From Eledone cirrhosa (taxonomy: Eukaryota), in NCBI GenBank assembly GCA_964016885.1, contig OZ024743.1, positions 329,282,001 through 329,346,000 on the forward strand: DNA of 64,000 nucleotides, read 5' to 3'. The first letter of the stretch is position 1. Every line of letters begins with the position of its first letter. The notes beneath the pieces are model-generated. The model searched no databases and was not told the DNA's origin. It worked only from the letters and a program-made list of their open reading frames with translations. Positions 14,607 to 28,875 of this stretch are shown here, one piece after another. Made by a program: the position numbers and the translations under genes.

Positions 14607-15031
14607 TATATATGAATGTATATATAGTGTATTTTGCAATACACTGTATGCTTAATTAAAAGCATTTCGAAGACCTGACGCTATTGTTTTAGAGTAGTGA
14701 CAGTCTCACTTACTTTAAATTTTCAGCAAACAGGGGAGATAAAGCTGACAGAGCTATGTTTCGTACTGATTGGTACTTATCAAAGCCAAGTACTCCACCT
14801 GTTTGCTGAGAATCATGAATGTTTGATTCTTATAGAATTTCTAGTACTTGGCTTTAATAAGTACCAATCAGTACGAAACATAGCTCTGTCAGCTTTATCT
14901 CCCCTGTTTGCTGAAAATTTAAAGTAAGTGAGACTGTCACTACTCTAAAACAATAGCGTCAGGTCTTCGAAATGCTTTTAATTAAGCATACAGTGTATTG
15001 CAAAATACACTATATATACATTCATATATAT
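14607..15031. repeat. Near-perfect fold-back (~188-bp arms) with a degenerate hammerhead in each arm
   Basis: Arms ~14607-14794 / 14842-15031; GGCT-TT(G/A)ATAA-GTAC CAATCA GTAC-GAAAC-ATAGCTCT-GTC|AGCT. Confidence 0.85.
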
Positions 15032-15077
15032 ATCGCTATTTCAGAGCGCCAAACCACAGACCCTCCATCTCAACTAA

Positions 15078-15115
15078 CCTTTTGAAAAGCAGAAGAACTG
15101 CGAAACCGGTAAAGG
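15078..15115 (+). ncRNA. Degenerate minimal hammerhead
   Basis: CCTT-TTGAAAA (two changes from CTGAAGA)-GCAG AAGAA CTGC-GAAAC-CG-GTA|AAGG; stems I-III intact. Confidence 0.55.
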
Positions 15116-15246
15116 AACCAAATAAATATATATATTTTTTTTTAAAATAAGACTCCAGTTGCATTTTCGATTTCATCTCTTTTTCTTTATACTTTCACTC
15201 GTGTAGGACACCTCGGTTATTTTTCATTTTGTAAAAAAACCCTCAC

Positions 15247-15310
<64 letters not shown>

Positions 15311-15311
15311 T

Positions 15312-15476
<165 letters not shown>

Positions 15477-15833
15477 AAGAGACAGTCTGATATATATCGA
15501 CAGGTCAATAATATACGGAGGCTTCAAAATCAAAGCAAGTTATGTATATATATGGCTGTCAACATATCTTTATATCTCTTTAGCTGGTAGGCTAGCTAAA
15601 CAATTTCCTCTGTTGTTACATATACATAGTCAAACATATCGATATTTAGACAGCCATACCTAGAGAGGTATAAACAGTCTCATACATATAACATATATAG
15701 ACAACCTCATACATATAGATATATAGAGAGCAATACAAATCCATAGACGATCAAGAAGAAACTGATCAATTAATACACAGGCAATATAGAAATTATTTAG
15801 AAGCAGAAGTACATCGAGCATTAGATAAAATGT

Positions 15834-15906
<73 letters not shown>

Positions 15907-16036
15907 AGAGAGAGAGCGAGAGAGAGAGAGAGAGAGAGAGTGAGAGGGGTAAGATAAAGTGATGGATAGATGACTACATATATATATATATATAAAATAT
16001 ATGTGTGTGTGCATATGTATATGTATATATATATGT

Positions 16037-16089
<53 letters not shown>

Positions 16090-16099
16090 GTATACATAT

Positions 16100-16182
<83 letters not shown>

Positions 16183-16197
16183 GCGCATATATATATA

Positions 16198-16292
<95 letters not shown>

Positions 16293-16293
16293 G

Positions 16294-16351
<58 letters not shown>

Positions 16352-16438
16352 CAAGAATTTAACTGCTCTGCGGTTTTAAGCAATACACTTGAGACAAGAA
16401 GTCTGAAAATTCGCGAACTAAAACAAATTTGATTGGCA

Positions 16439-16494
<56 letters not shown>

Positions 16495-16766
16495 CATCAA
16501 TGACTGAGATTCAAGGAATAACAATAACAATAATAGCAATAATAATAATATGCAAATAATTGGAAACCGTTTCTGGCAGATAAATTTCATTAAGAATATT
16601 ACAGACACAATGTCCGAAGCTTGTATCACATCGTTAGTGTATCAACCAGTGGGTCTTGTATTACATATTAAACATAGAATGATTGTAATAGTTGAAACAT
16701 TTAACAGGATTTATCAGAGTTTGTCTTAAGCATATGACTGAAATATGACTATTAGGGTTGCTTGTG

Positions 16767-16855
<89 letters not shown>

Positions 16856-17052
16856 ACACATACACTCACACACTCGCCAACACACACACACTCACACATA
16901 AACACACACACACAAACACACACACACACTCACACACTCACATACTCACACACTCACACACACTCACACACACACACACAAACACACACACACTCAGACA
17001 CACGATATACACACACACACTCACACTCACACACTCACACACACACACACAT

Positions 17053-17084
<32 letters not shown>

Positions 17085-17144
17085 GAGGATGGATTCAATT
17101 TGAAACTAGTTAGATCCTTACTCAACAGAATACTCTTATAAGGA

Positions 17145-17238
17145 GTCGGAACCAGACGGGTGAATTCTTGCCGTTTTAAAAGCTAGTTACGGAACTAGCT
17201 TTTGAAACGGCAAGAGCTCAGCCGTCGGGTCCCTACAC

Positions 17239-17278
<40 letters not shown>

Positions 17279-17486
17279 ACATATATATTATAATGTGTCG
17301 GGGCCCCGACGGGTGAACTTTTGCTGTTTCAAAAGCTAGTTACGGAACATGCTGGAACTAGCTGTTGAAACGGCCAGAGCTCAGCCGTCATGGTCTCACT
17401 CTTTATAATATAATCATACTCTACTACTCCAAGTATCGAGTACTCTGGTGAGTAATGGTCTTTTCAAACTTCATCCATCTTCATTT
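17145..17486 (+). mobile_element. Doubly folded-back hammerhead-half element, related to the 10342 family
   Basis: AAAAGCTAGTT-ACGG-AACTAGCTTTT-GAAAC-GGCAAGAGCTCAGCC-GTC-GGGTCC repeated in alternating orientation across a TA tract; GTATCGAGTACT at 17433. Confidence 0.7.
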
Positions 17487-18190
17487 ATATATATGCCTGC
17501 TGGCATTTTACGTAAATATATATTATATATATGCCTGTTGGCATTTTATGTCAGGAAAGGTCTTAGATATTACCCTTGTTTACAGTCGCCCCATATTTGC
17601 CATGGTACTTGGAGACTAAAGCCGAATGCTACCATTCTATTGTACAGCGATTCGAGACAGATTTTCTCTAATAACCGCGTTTTTTACTCGTTAATTTGTC
17701 TTTGACTTGAGATATGTTGGTTGAGTTCTTATGGAGATGACGAAACATAGAATCTCGACTCATAGCCATCACGTAAATTTCTGAAACCTTGGCCAATCGG
17801 TTGGCGGTATTTTGATGATGCGTAGGTATTTCAGTTACTAATGTACTACCGTGTCGCCTGTCGTATTTACTGTCATAGACAACATGGACAAGAATCAAAT
17901 TCTGTCGATCGATTGGTTATTGATTAGGCGAGACCCGCTGATGAAGCCAGATTCGCCGCTTGTGCATTGTTGCATAATAAATGCAGACAGTAGATGTTGT
18001 ACGCTTTGTTGCTGCATGAAGTGTGGCCGAAACTCGAGTACGGGTATAAATTTATGGTACCCATTTACGTGTGTTGTATTGATGCAAGTGACTTTGTGTC
18101 TAACCTGGGATTTATACATAACCTTACCTATTGAGTACACTGAGATGCAGCCTATACTAGCAGGGAAACATTATGCTCGTCCCGTCAGCT

Positions 18191-18239
<49 letters not shown>

Positions 18240-18361
18240 GGGTCAGTCAAACACTCGAATATATGCACTTTTGGCATGTCTGTAAAAATACATGTATTGT
18301 ATAAAGGTGTAGATACACATCCAAACATTCACATATACATTTGCATGTGTGTGTATTGTTA

Positions 18362-18449
<88 letters not shown>

Positions 18450-18494
18450 AAGTTAAATAAAAAGTCAAATGATTAAAATTTAGCTTCGTTTATT

Positions 18495-18549
18495 ACTGCT
18501 ATATATATTTCAGTGACAGCCATCTTTGGCTGTGACCTCTTCAGGCAGT
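18495..18549 (-). ncRNA. Type I hammerhead ribozyme
   Basis: ACTGC-CTGAAGA-GGTCACAGCCA AAGA TGGCTGTCACT-GAAAT-ATAT-ATA|GCAGT. Confidence 0.75.
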
Positions 18550-18824
18550 TTGAATTAGTATGGTATAGACAAGTACATATGTTGTTGAGGTGTATAATAT
18601 TGTCAATACTCTGATATGCCCAGTTCCTGGTTGGGTTGTTATTTCACTGAGGAACTGGAGTCATATGAATTCAAACAAACGAATTTCAGTGTCAAAGGTC
18701 CTCTTCTCTCATTGGTCAGTTGTTAGAACATTCCTCATTCTAAGTGTTGTTATTGTTGGAGTTAGCTTTAAAAAAATTGATAATATGGTAGAAGGGACAA
18801 GGTGTTAAACTCAAAATTCTATTT

Positions 18825-19084
18825 TGCATTAAAATTTGAACGAAATCAGTGGCAAAATGTGGGAGCTAGAGCCAAAAATCTTATTTTTCGATACCTAAAA
18901 GAAAGTGACCCCCCCCCCTATCGATATTTATCTGCAGAATGACCCGGGAATACAAGAACGATACGCTTATACATAGAAAACACTCCCCGATGACGAATCT
19001 ATGAGCCTGTAAAGTTTCATGAAAATCGGTCGTAAGATGTAGGCCCCTATAGGTAATACACAGACACACAGACACACACACATA

Positions 19085-19090
<6 letters not shown>
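18825..19090 (+). mobile_element. Possible Helitron/DINE-like non-autonomous element end
   Basis: AAATTTGAACGAAATC...AAGTTTCATGAAAATCGGTC...ACAGACACACAGACACACACATACT resembles HINE/Helitron termini; no coding support. Confidence 0.4.
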
Positions 19091-19157
<67 letters not shown>

Positions 19158-19160
19158 ATA

Positions 19161-19238
<78 letters not shown>

Positions 19239-19877
19239 CATACATTCATGCATACATGCATATATACATACACACATACATACAAACATACATTCCTATC
19301 TAAGCAGACACAAGACTACATTCATTATAACGTAACTGGGAACCACTCTGCTAAGCACATACCTTGTTAATTTCATGGTTGAGAAGACCTTTTAAACAAT
19401 TTCTTTATTCAGGCTTTCCTATTCACGAATAACTTCACATTTTGTCCAGGGCAAAATGAAAACTAATTGCTTATGTTATGTCATGGGATTTCATGGTTTT
19501 TCTTTGTTGCTTTCTTTTGTAGTTTATACATTTTTGTTTTGTTTTGGGGCAACACTTGTGATCATTTTCACGAAGGTTTTGTTAACGTTGCTGTATTAAA
19601 TGTGATAAAAACATATTACCGTGGACGTCACCGTTAATGAGGCTAGTTTAATAACCGACAACAGTTGGAATTATCAGTATATATTATTGCAGGAATAACT
19701 ACAACTAAAGTTTTAAGGCCATTCTCTCTGATAAAACAAGAGTTAACCATGCGGGTTCTATAACAGGTTTTATATACGTCATGAGGTTCTTTCTAAGGTA
19801 ATATTTTATGGCCGGATGTCCTTCCAGTCACCAACACCTTTAATCGCCTGTGCTACGTGCTGTAGCTGGCGATTTAA

Positions 19878-20225
19878 AGGCACGTGGCTCAGTGGTTAGA
19901 GCGTCAGATTCACATTCCTGAGGTTGTGAGTTCGATTCCAGACCGGTTGATGCGTTGTGTTCTTGAGCAAGACACTTTGTTGTTCAAGTTCCTTCAGTTT
20001 ACTCAGCTATAGTAATGAGTTGCAATGTCAATGGTGCCATGTTGTATCGGCCTTTGCCTTTCCCTTGGATAACATCGGTGTTGTGGAGAGGGAAGACTGG
20101 TCTGTATGGGCGACTACTGGTTAGTCTTCTACAAAAGCACCTTGGCCGGACTTGTGTCGCGGAAGAGGAACTTTCTAGGTACAAATTCCATGGTTATTCA
20201 TGACCGAGGTGGATCTTACCTTTAC
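19878..20225 (+). mobile_element. tRNA-derived SINE, family B (CORE-like), near full length
   Basis: A box GTGGCTCAGTGGTTAGAGCG, B box GTTCGATTCC, GTGTTCTTGAGCAAGACACTT; the 3' part is repeated at 37885-38113. Confidence 0.8.
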
Positions 20226-20817
20226 AGCACACAGGGATATAGTATACCAATTCTAAACATGATACTCACAGCTGGAATAAATACTTTGTTAGTAGAAACT
20301 ACGGCTTGAAGTAAATACTTTTAGGATTTGTTCATATTCAAATTGGAAAATATTGAATGGTGGTGAGTGGTTAGAGTGGTTAGAGGGGTCAGTCAGAATA
20401 CCGTCTTTGTGATATTCTGACTGTCGACCTTCCAATTTCAAATCGTCGACTTTACTTTTCACATTATTAGGTTTCACTAAAAGTAATTACCAATCCAAGA
20501 ACGTAGATTGAAAGGTCTGTTAGGGCATCTGACTAGATCCTCTTGTTCTCTACGTTCTCATTCAAATTCTGGTCTCTGTTAAGCCCATTTTGATAGGGAT
20601 GCCTAAAACATAACACAAATAAACACCGTGTCTTTATCCTGCAGTGGGTCGACAATGGCTAGGTAGAGAAATACGTTGGCTGTATGTTTCAAAACCTTCA
20701 ATGATATCGTGATATGTAAATATAATCTATATTTTTCTTCTTCTTTTGCATTTTTGATGTAAAATAATTCACATCTCATATTTTCCCCCCAAATCGCAGA
20801 ATTATTATATATCTACA

Positions 20818-21001
20818 GGGCAGTGAATTGGAAGTATAGACAGAGGGTTTGACGCCATGCTTTCTAGCATAGTTACGTCCCTTTACGGTCTGAGTTCAAA
20901 TCTCGTCGAGGTTAACTTTGCCTTTCATCCTTACGGGGTCGATAAAATAAAGTACCAGTAATGTACTGGGTAATACTGGCCTTGTGTCAAAAGTAGAAAC
21001 A
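20818..21001 (+). mobile_element. tRNA-derived SINE, family A
   Basis: Matches the reverse complement of 1678-1858; flanked by the direct repeat AATTATTATA(TA)TCTACAG (likely TSD). Confidence 0.8.
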
Positions 21002-21349
21002 ATTATTATATCTACAGTATTCGAAGACATGTAGGACGCCCCTCCCCCAATACCACCCGGGTTTTATACACGAAGTAGAGATATTTAGTAAGCTAATAAA
21101 TGTTATTGATATTTCCTGCTGAAACGAGGAGGTGGTCTTATATATTCAGTGGTCCTATATGATAGGCCTTCCGAAAGTGTGGATTGCTAGTGAAATTTAG
21201 AATATATTCTTACTTTATATTCCAGCTTTAGGATCATTAGTTGTTGGTTATTGCAAAAAATAAAACTGTGATTGTAAAAATAAAAACATATTCACGAATT
21301 TAAAAGCTTATGTTAACTGTGCCGAAAAATTTCGTCATATCAGAATAAG

Positions 21350-21545
21350 GATTTCTAATCTAGGCACAAAGTCATGCAATTTGTGGAGGAGAGAAAATCG
21401 ATTATAATGACTGGTACTTTATATCATCGATCCCGGAGGAATAAAAGAGCGAAGTTAACCTCGGTGGGATTTGAAGTCAGAATGTATAGAGCTGGAAGAA
21501 AGGTCACAAAACATTTTATACGTCGTTCTAACGAATCTATCAAAC
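21350..21545 (-). mobile_element. Diverged SINE family A copy
   Basis: ACTGGTACTTTATATCATCGATCCCGGAGGAATAAAAGAGCGAAGTTAACCTCGGTGGGATTTGAA resembles 1720-1790. Confidence 0.6.
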
Positions 21546-21909
21546 CTGACACAACGAATTTCCTTTAGTAAACGGGTGTTTGTGGGATTGACGGCAATAA
21601 AGCAATGCAAATATATGTTGATTAAATATATATTGATTAAATATATATTGAATATATGTAGCAACAATAAAGCAATGGATATATATATTGATTTAACACT
21701 TCACTGCCAGCAAGTGTTCTTTAAGCTTCATATCATGTCTCCCTATTTTATCTGATGAGTACGCAAATATCATCTCATAATAATATTTGTTTTTAAAATG
21801 CGCATAATAAAATACATGGAACTCTTTTAACCATCTTTTGATTTTATATTATATATATATATATAGTTTCGCCCTGGAGTTTCGCCAGTTTATCACAAGG
21901 TTATCAGGT

Positions 21910-21951
21910 TCTTGTCTGATGATAAACAGGTGAGACTCAAAAGTAACAGGA
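21910..21951 (+). ncRNA. Minimal hammerhead, one core mutation
   Basis: TCTTGT-CTGATGA-TAAACAGGT-GAGAC-TCAAAA-GTA|ACAGGA. The adjacent inverted copy (21877-21895) retains GAAAC; ATATTGAGTGCT follows at 21991. Confidence 0.6.
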
Positions 21952-22030
21952 CTCATTATTCAGCCTAAATGAAATTAAAAATCTACTTCGATATTGAGTG
22001 CTCTTTTCTCTCAGCCATTAACCATACACA

Positions 22031-22103
<73 letters not shown>

Positions 22104-22275
22104 TATAAAGAATTAGTATATCTACTAACATATATATACAGATGCATACCTATGCCAGCAAATATATAGGTTTTGTCTTAGTAACTTTGTGGTTCAATGC
22201 ATGGGGATGCAGAACAATAATATGAAAGACGTAAAATAAGAAAATTATAAAAATTAACTTACTTACTAAAATTTC

Positions 22276-22357
22276 ACTCCAACTAATTAGTTTCTGAAAG
22301 GGAATAAACATAGTTTCCGAAGAAACGTACGGAGAAGCCTTTCGTCATCAGGGAAGT
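22276..22357 (-). ncRNA. Type I hammerhead, 50-nt stem II with a C(UUCG)G hairpin
   Basis: ACTTCC-CTGATGA-C GAAAGG...GTTTC TTCG GAAAC...CCTTTC A-GAAAC-TAATTA-GTT|GGAGT. Confidence 0.7.
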
Positions 22358-22844
22358 CTATTCTCAGCTAAGTTTCCAGGCAATGCGTGGACACAGGGAA
22401 CTTATACAAAAATAATTCAGTGGATGGAAAAAAGCAAAGCGTGGACTAAGTTCCAAGCCATTGAAAAAATCACTGCCTACTGCGTCGGTGGCAAATTCAA
22501 AAGAATCAATCACGTGGCATAGGTATGCATCTGTATATATATGTTAGTAGATATACTAATTCTTTATAATTATCTCCAAATTATTTTGTCGAGCAAAAAT
22601 TGGCCAAAACTGCTACTATAGTTCATAGTAACGGTTCGGCTGCTGTCTTCTTAACAAAACACTCCTCACTGATTAACCTCGATGTCACGTGATTGATTCT
22701 TTTGAATTTGCCACCGACGCAGTAGGCAGTGATTTTTTCAATGGCTTGGAACTTAGTCCACGCTTTGCTTTTTTCCATCCACTGAATTATTTTTGTATAA
22801 GTTCCCTGTGTCCACGCATTGCCTGGAAACTTAGCTGAGAATAG

Positions 22845-22926
22845 ACTACCCTGATGACGAAAGGCTTCTCCGTACGTTTCTTCGGAAACTATGTTTATTC
22901 CCTTTCAGAAACTAATTAGTTGGAGT
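22845..22926 (+). ncRNA. Mirror copy of the 22276 hammerhead
   Basis: CTGATGA at 22851-22857, GAAAC at 22908-22912, GTT at 22919-22921; one stem I substitution. Confidence 0.65.
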
Positions 22927-22974
22927 GAAATTTTAGTAAGTAAGTTAATTTTTATAATTTTCTTATTTTACGTC

Positions 22975-23052
<78 letters not shown>

Positions 23053-23729
23053 CATTATGAAGAGAAGAAACGTAGTTTCGTGGCATATTATGCATGTCCG
23101 CATGTATCTGTGTGTTTCTCTCTATATATTGTTTATAGCACCCTTTGGTCGAGTAACCTTTGAAGTTTCGTGACTGCTGGATAGCTACCATTACTCATAC
23201 TTCTCGCCTCCTCAAACCACCTCTTCTCTGGCTTTGATATAAATACCCCCTCCGCCTCCGTGGTATTTTTTCAGGGTTATAAGGGGCTTAGCTCTGTTCC
23301 TTGACCGCTGTATCACGTGATTGACTCCCCCTCCGCCTTTTCGAGATTCTATCTCGCGCATCACAGACGTGTTTTGAAACCCTTAATGAGGTATTCTCTT
23401 GATAAGTCGGCAGAACCTCACAAAAGCTCTATATCTCTATGATGTAGTGTTTTTGCATAAAATGCCACGAAACTACGTAGTCGGGGACTATAGAAGCAGC
23501 TTAGGTATGATATATCTTATTACTAATTATATCTAATGTTTCTTCTCTCTTCATAATGTATTATATAGCTCTGATGCTGAATCAGTCTAATCCATTCGGA
23601 TTGGTTTGTCCCAGTTATTCATAGAGCAACATCGGTTGAGGTTGGTACCACTAACTCAGGGATATATGTGGATATATTCATGTGTATGTATGTGTTCGCA
23701 TGTATCTGTGTGTTTCTCTCTATATAGTG

Positions 23730-23796
<67 letters not shown>

Positions 23797-23800
<4 letters not shown>

Positions 23801-23870
23801 CGAAGGAAATGTGGTAAGGAACCAGGTGGACCATAACGCACCAAAGTACTCAATACTTGGGGTCTTACTG
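23797..23870 (-). mobile_element. 3'-terminal fragment of the 10342 family in (TA)n
   Basis: AACGAAGGAAATGTGGTAAGGAACCAGGTGGACCATAACGCACCAAAGTACTCAATACTT is identical to 10343-10402. Confidence 0.85.
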
Positions 23871-23871
23871 G

Positions 23872-23913
<42 letters not shown>

Positions 23914-24543
23914 GTGTGGTCTACCTGTGGTGGTATGGTCCGTACTCTAGATAGAATTCAATGTAATCCGATGGCGAGTAATCCAGTGAAATCCATAGAG
24001 AAGTTCTGTTTCGCTGAGTTAATTCTTTAGATACAAAGTCAGATATTAGGTATTAATTTTAACAATGACATTGTTGTTTTTATTTTCATTGTTAATTCAA
24101 TACCTTATATATATATATATTCATTAGTTAAGCAAAACAAGACCACAAATTTCACAAGGAAGACATTATTAAAAGATTGTCAACATATTTTAGTTTGATG
24201 TAAGGAATGTAGAGAATAATAATAATAATATTAATAATAATAATGTCCGTTTACAATTGTTTCGCTACTCCATATAATATTTCTGGATAAGATGACTATA
24301 TATCATAATTGATCTGGTTCAGTTGAAAATAATTAACATATTTAAAAAACAGAGTGGCTCATCGGAACTTCAAAGGAATATAAATAAAAATAATGGGATA
24401 ATGTTACATAATATAATGTTCCATATATTGGTTTTTACTATGGTGTCTTGGTTGCATCAGTTGTCAGCCATAATCAAGCAGTATTCATCTGTCGAGGCTG
24501 CATTGTGTGAGATCTCCCTCTTTAAGATTGGTTACTCTTGAAC

Positions 24544-24575
<32 letters not shown>

Positions 24576-24788
24576 AATGTAATTTCAGCGAGATCGAATT
24601 TCGGCTGTGGTCGATCGAAAACAAAAGCGAAACGCAATATCCGAGTTATGCTGACAAGCGCTCCATGTACCAAATAAAGACCAGAGCAATAAACATACGT
24701 TATAAAGGCCAAGCAAACTGAGATGGTGGTCAAGAAGCCATCAACAACCTAAGCCAAAAAGACAAGGCAAGCCAAACAGGTCAAACAA

Positions 24789-24847
<59 letters not shown>

Positions 24848-25136
24848 AAGAAGAAACAGGGGCTGTGTAGTTGGTGGATAAGGTGTACTTATACTTATAA
24901 ATAAAAGAAAAGAACGAACGGGAGAAAATTTTCCTTCATCAGTTGTCTGGTGGGTATTATCATGGATATTTCTACGCATTAAAGACAAGAGATATATATA
25001 TATAAAACTCTTACGGTAAATATTGATGCAATCAAATCAAGCACTCGACGCATTTTTTCCACATAGGAAAAACGGAGTATATTTAGAATGAGAAATGCGA
25101 TGTAGTTTCAGATGTTAAAGTCTTTTATTGGTAATG

Positions 25137-25210
25137 CTGTGATACATATTTCAATGACGAAAGTGGCTACACGATTCCGTGTACCCAGTGCCGTGACATC
25201 ATCAGACATA
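25137..25210 (-). ncRNA. Degenerate hammerhead with long stem II
   Basis: CTGATGA-TGTCACGG...TACACG GAAT CGTGTA...CGTCATT-GAAAT-AT-GTA; stem I is poorly paired. Confidence 0.45.
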
Positions 25211-25406
25211 TTCTTACATAATAAGGTTACGATCCCAAGGCAATCCCAACCGAAACAACGGACAAGGCGTGTGTTCTTGAATCGCCTGCCCTTTCCCCCG
25301 TGTCATCATTGAAATATGTATCACAGCATTACCAATAAACGACTTTCACATCTGAAACTACTTCGCCTTTTCTCATTATCTCTCTCTCGCTCTCTCTCTC
25401 GTGCTC

Positions 25407-25835
<429 letters not shown>

Positions 25836-26009
25836 AGAAACCTGAAAGAGGTTACTAGCTGGAACCGCCTGATCTCACGATCCTCTACCTCAGTAATGTA
25901 TGTGAGTGTCTGTAAACACGCTTCACTAAATACTCCCATATTGTCCATCTGCTCGAATATTTGACGATCATCAGTCAGCAATAATGTGTGTGAGACCCAC
26001 AAAGTCGCG

Positions 26010-26758
26010 ATGGTATTGGTGGTGATGATGGTGGTGATGATGGTGGTGGTGGTGGTAGTGATGATGATGGTGGTGGTGGTGGTGGTGATGTTGGTGATGA
26101 TGATGGTGGTGGTGGTGGTGGTGATGGTGGTGATGATGGTGGTGGTGGTAGTGATGATGATGGTGGTGGTGATGGTGATGTTGGTGATGATGATGGTGGT
26201 GGTGGTGGTGATGGTGGTGATGATGATGGTGGTGGTGATGTTGGTGATGATGATGGTGGTGGTGGTGGTGGTGATGGTGGTGATGATGGTGGTGGTGGTC
26301 GTGATGATGGTGGTGATGATGGTGGTGGTGGTAGTGATGATGATGGTGGTGGTGGTGGTGGTGATGTTGGTGATGATGATGGTGGTGGTGGTGGTGATGT
26401 TGGTGATGATGGTGGTGGTGGTGGTGGTGGTGATGGTGGTGGTGATGGTGGTGATGATGGTGGTGGTGGTGGTGGTGATGGTGGTGATGATGGTGGTGGT
26501 GTAGTGATGATGATGGTGGTGGTGGTGATGTTGGTGATGATGGTGGTGGTGGTGGTGATGATGGTGATGATGGTGGTGTAGTGATGATGATGGTGGTGGT
26601 GGTGGTGATGGTGGTGATGATGATGGTGGTGGTGGTGGTGATGGGGGTGATGATGATGGTGATGGTGATGGTGATGGTGGTGATGGTGATGATGAAGATG
26701 ATAATTATGATGAGGACACTAATGATATGTGAATGACGATGTCGACGGCGACCATAAC

Positions 26759-26800
<42 letters not shown>
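26010..26800. repeat. (GGT/GAT)n trinucleotide field
   Basis: Direct reading. Confidence 0.95.
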
Positions 26801-26801
<1 letters not shown>

Positions 26802-27011
26802 GCGACGGTGAATAGTAGAAATGGTCTATTTTACAGCCACAGAGGTAACCGACGGGGGTGAGGGTGGGGGTTCATTGACAAACGGTAGCAAGAAAAAGAA
26901 GACAACAACAACAACAACAACAACAAATAAAAAATGTAAAAAGCAAAATATATCTAAAGATGTGTGAAATAGTTCAAAGGTAAAATGACCAAAGGAATAA
27001 AGGGTCTGATT

Positions 27012-27880
27012 ACTGAGAGGAGGAGAGTGGGGAAAGGGAGAGACAGAAAGAGGGAGAAGGGAATGTGTGGGAGGAGGGGGCAGAAAGAAAGAGATGTGTA
27101 GGGCGGGGCAGGAAGGAGAGAGAAAGGAATAGGAGGAGAGGAGAGGTGTGAGAGGACAGTGATGAAAGGGAGAGAAAGAAAGAGGGAGAAGAGAATGTGT
27201 GGGAGGGGGGGGGGAGAAAAAGAGAGAAAGGAATGGGAGGAGATGAGAGGAGAGATGTGTGAGGAGAGTGGTGAAAGGAAGAGAAAGAAAGAGGGAGAAG
27301 AGAATGTGTGGGAGAAGGGGGAATGGGAGGAGGGGGAAGGTGTGATAGGAGGAGAAATAAAGAGAGAGAAAGATGGATGGGAGAAGGGAGCGGGCGAGTA
27401 GGAAAAGGAGGCAGCGTGTGATAGGGGGAGGAGACCTGAGTGGGTGAGTAGGAGAAGTGGGAGGAGGACGATGTGGGTGAGTGGGAGAGGAAGACAGGAT
27501 GAGGGAGAGGTGGGAGGAGAAGGAAGTGAGAAAGTGGGAGAGGGAGAAAAGAGGGAAATGGACAGGACAGGAAGAGAGATGAGGAAAGACGGAGGGGTGG
27601 GGGTGAGAGAAAGAAGACGAGGGAGCTGGAGGGGTAGAGGGAGGTTGAATGTGGGACGGAGAGAGGAAGAGAGCGGGAAAGAGAAGGGTGGGAGGGAGAG
27701 TGAAGGTGTGGGTGAGAGAGGGGGAAGTGGGGAAAGCGAGAAAGGGAGGATGAGAGCAAAAGTAATGGTAGAAAGAGAAGGAGCGGGAGTGAAGAGAGAG
27801 AAGGGTGACGGGGGGTGAATATACAGACAAAAGAAGGGAGGGGGCACAGGAAAAGTGACAGGAAAGGAGGGGGAAATGAA
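27012..27880. repeat. Purine-rich (GA/GGA) low-complexity tract
   Basis: Plus strand is almost exclusively G/A. Confidence 0.85.
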
Positions 27881-27930
27881 ATGATATCCATATTGAGTCA
27901 CGTTGACTCAGAAACATGGCCGCAAAATTT

Positions 27931-27996
27931 TTACTACTACTACTACCACTACTACTACTACTACTACCACTACTACTACTACTACTACTACTTCTT

Positions 27997-28065
<69 letters not shown>

Positions 28066-28072
28066 GTACTAT

Positions 28073-28138
<66 letters not shown>

Positions 28139-28190
28139 TACTACTACTTCTTCTACTACTACTACTACTACTACTACTACCACTACCACC

Positions 28191-28238
<48 letters not shown>

Positions 28239-28254
28239 TCTACTACTACTTCTT

Positions 28255-28294
<40 letters not shown>

Positions 28295-28380
28295 CACTAC
28301 TACTACTACTACTACTTCTACTACTACTACTTCTTATACTACTACTACTACTACTACTACCACCACTACTACTACTACTG

Positions 28381-28435
<55 letters not shown>

Positions 28436-28442
28436 AACAACC

Positions 28443-28516
<74 letters not shown>

Positions 28517-28517
28517 C
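27931..28517. repeat. (TAC)n microsatellite
   Basis: Direct reading. Confidence 0.95.
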
Positions 28518-28875
28518 GTTATTATTATAATTATTATCATCACCATCATTATTACTATTATTATTATTATTGCTCAACTGGCTTTTTTTAAAATATATTT
28601 CTCTATTTAATGGCAGAGAGAACCAATAGATGATAGAATATTCTATAAAATAAAACCAAATTCCACCCGTCTTTCATCCCCTTTCGTTGGCCATCTGTTC
28701 TTTTTCTTTAGTTAGCAATTCATTCAATACTACCATTAAGTCCTCTCTAGACGGAGCAGAAGAGAAGGAGAGGGGCTGCTACCAATAATACACACATGAA
28801 AATTGGTTCGATGAGAAGCCATAGTATTAAAGCTATATCGGGTTTGTTTTTATGTGTAGTTTAGTCATAGAGTAG

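Larger units (their letters stand above)
22101..22980. mobile_element. Nested fold-back element with two opposed hammerheads, in TA/CA tracts
   Basis: 22221-22515 is inverted at 22687-22980; 22101-22157 is inverted at 22516-22570. Confidence 0.85.

Noticed and set aside
17668-18140. Possible Helitron helicase remnant (EIYVMAMSRD resembling YVAxSR)
   Set aside because: One loose motif only; other helicase motifs not found.
19878-19950. tRNA gene
   Set aside because: A/B boxes continue into a SINE body that is repeated elsewhere in the window; no complete cloverleaf.
26826-28610. Long poly-Ser/Thr/Leu ORFs
   Set aside because: (TAC)n and GA-rich low-complexity translations.
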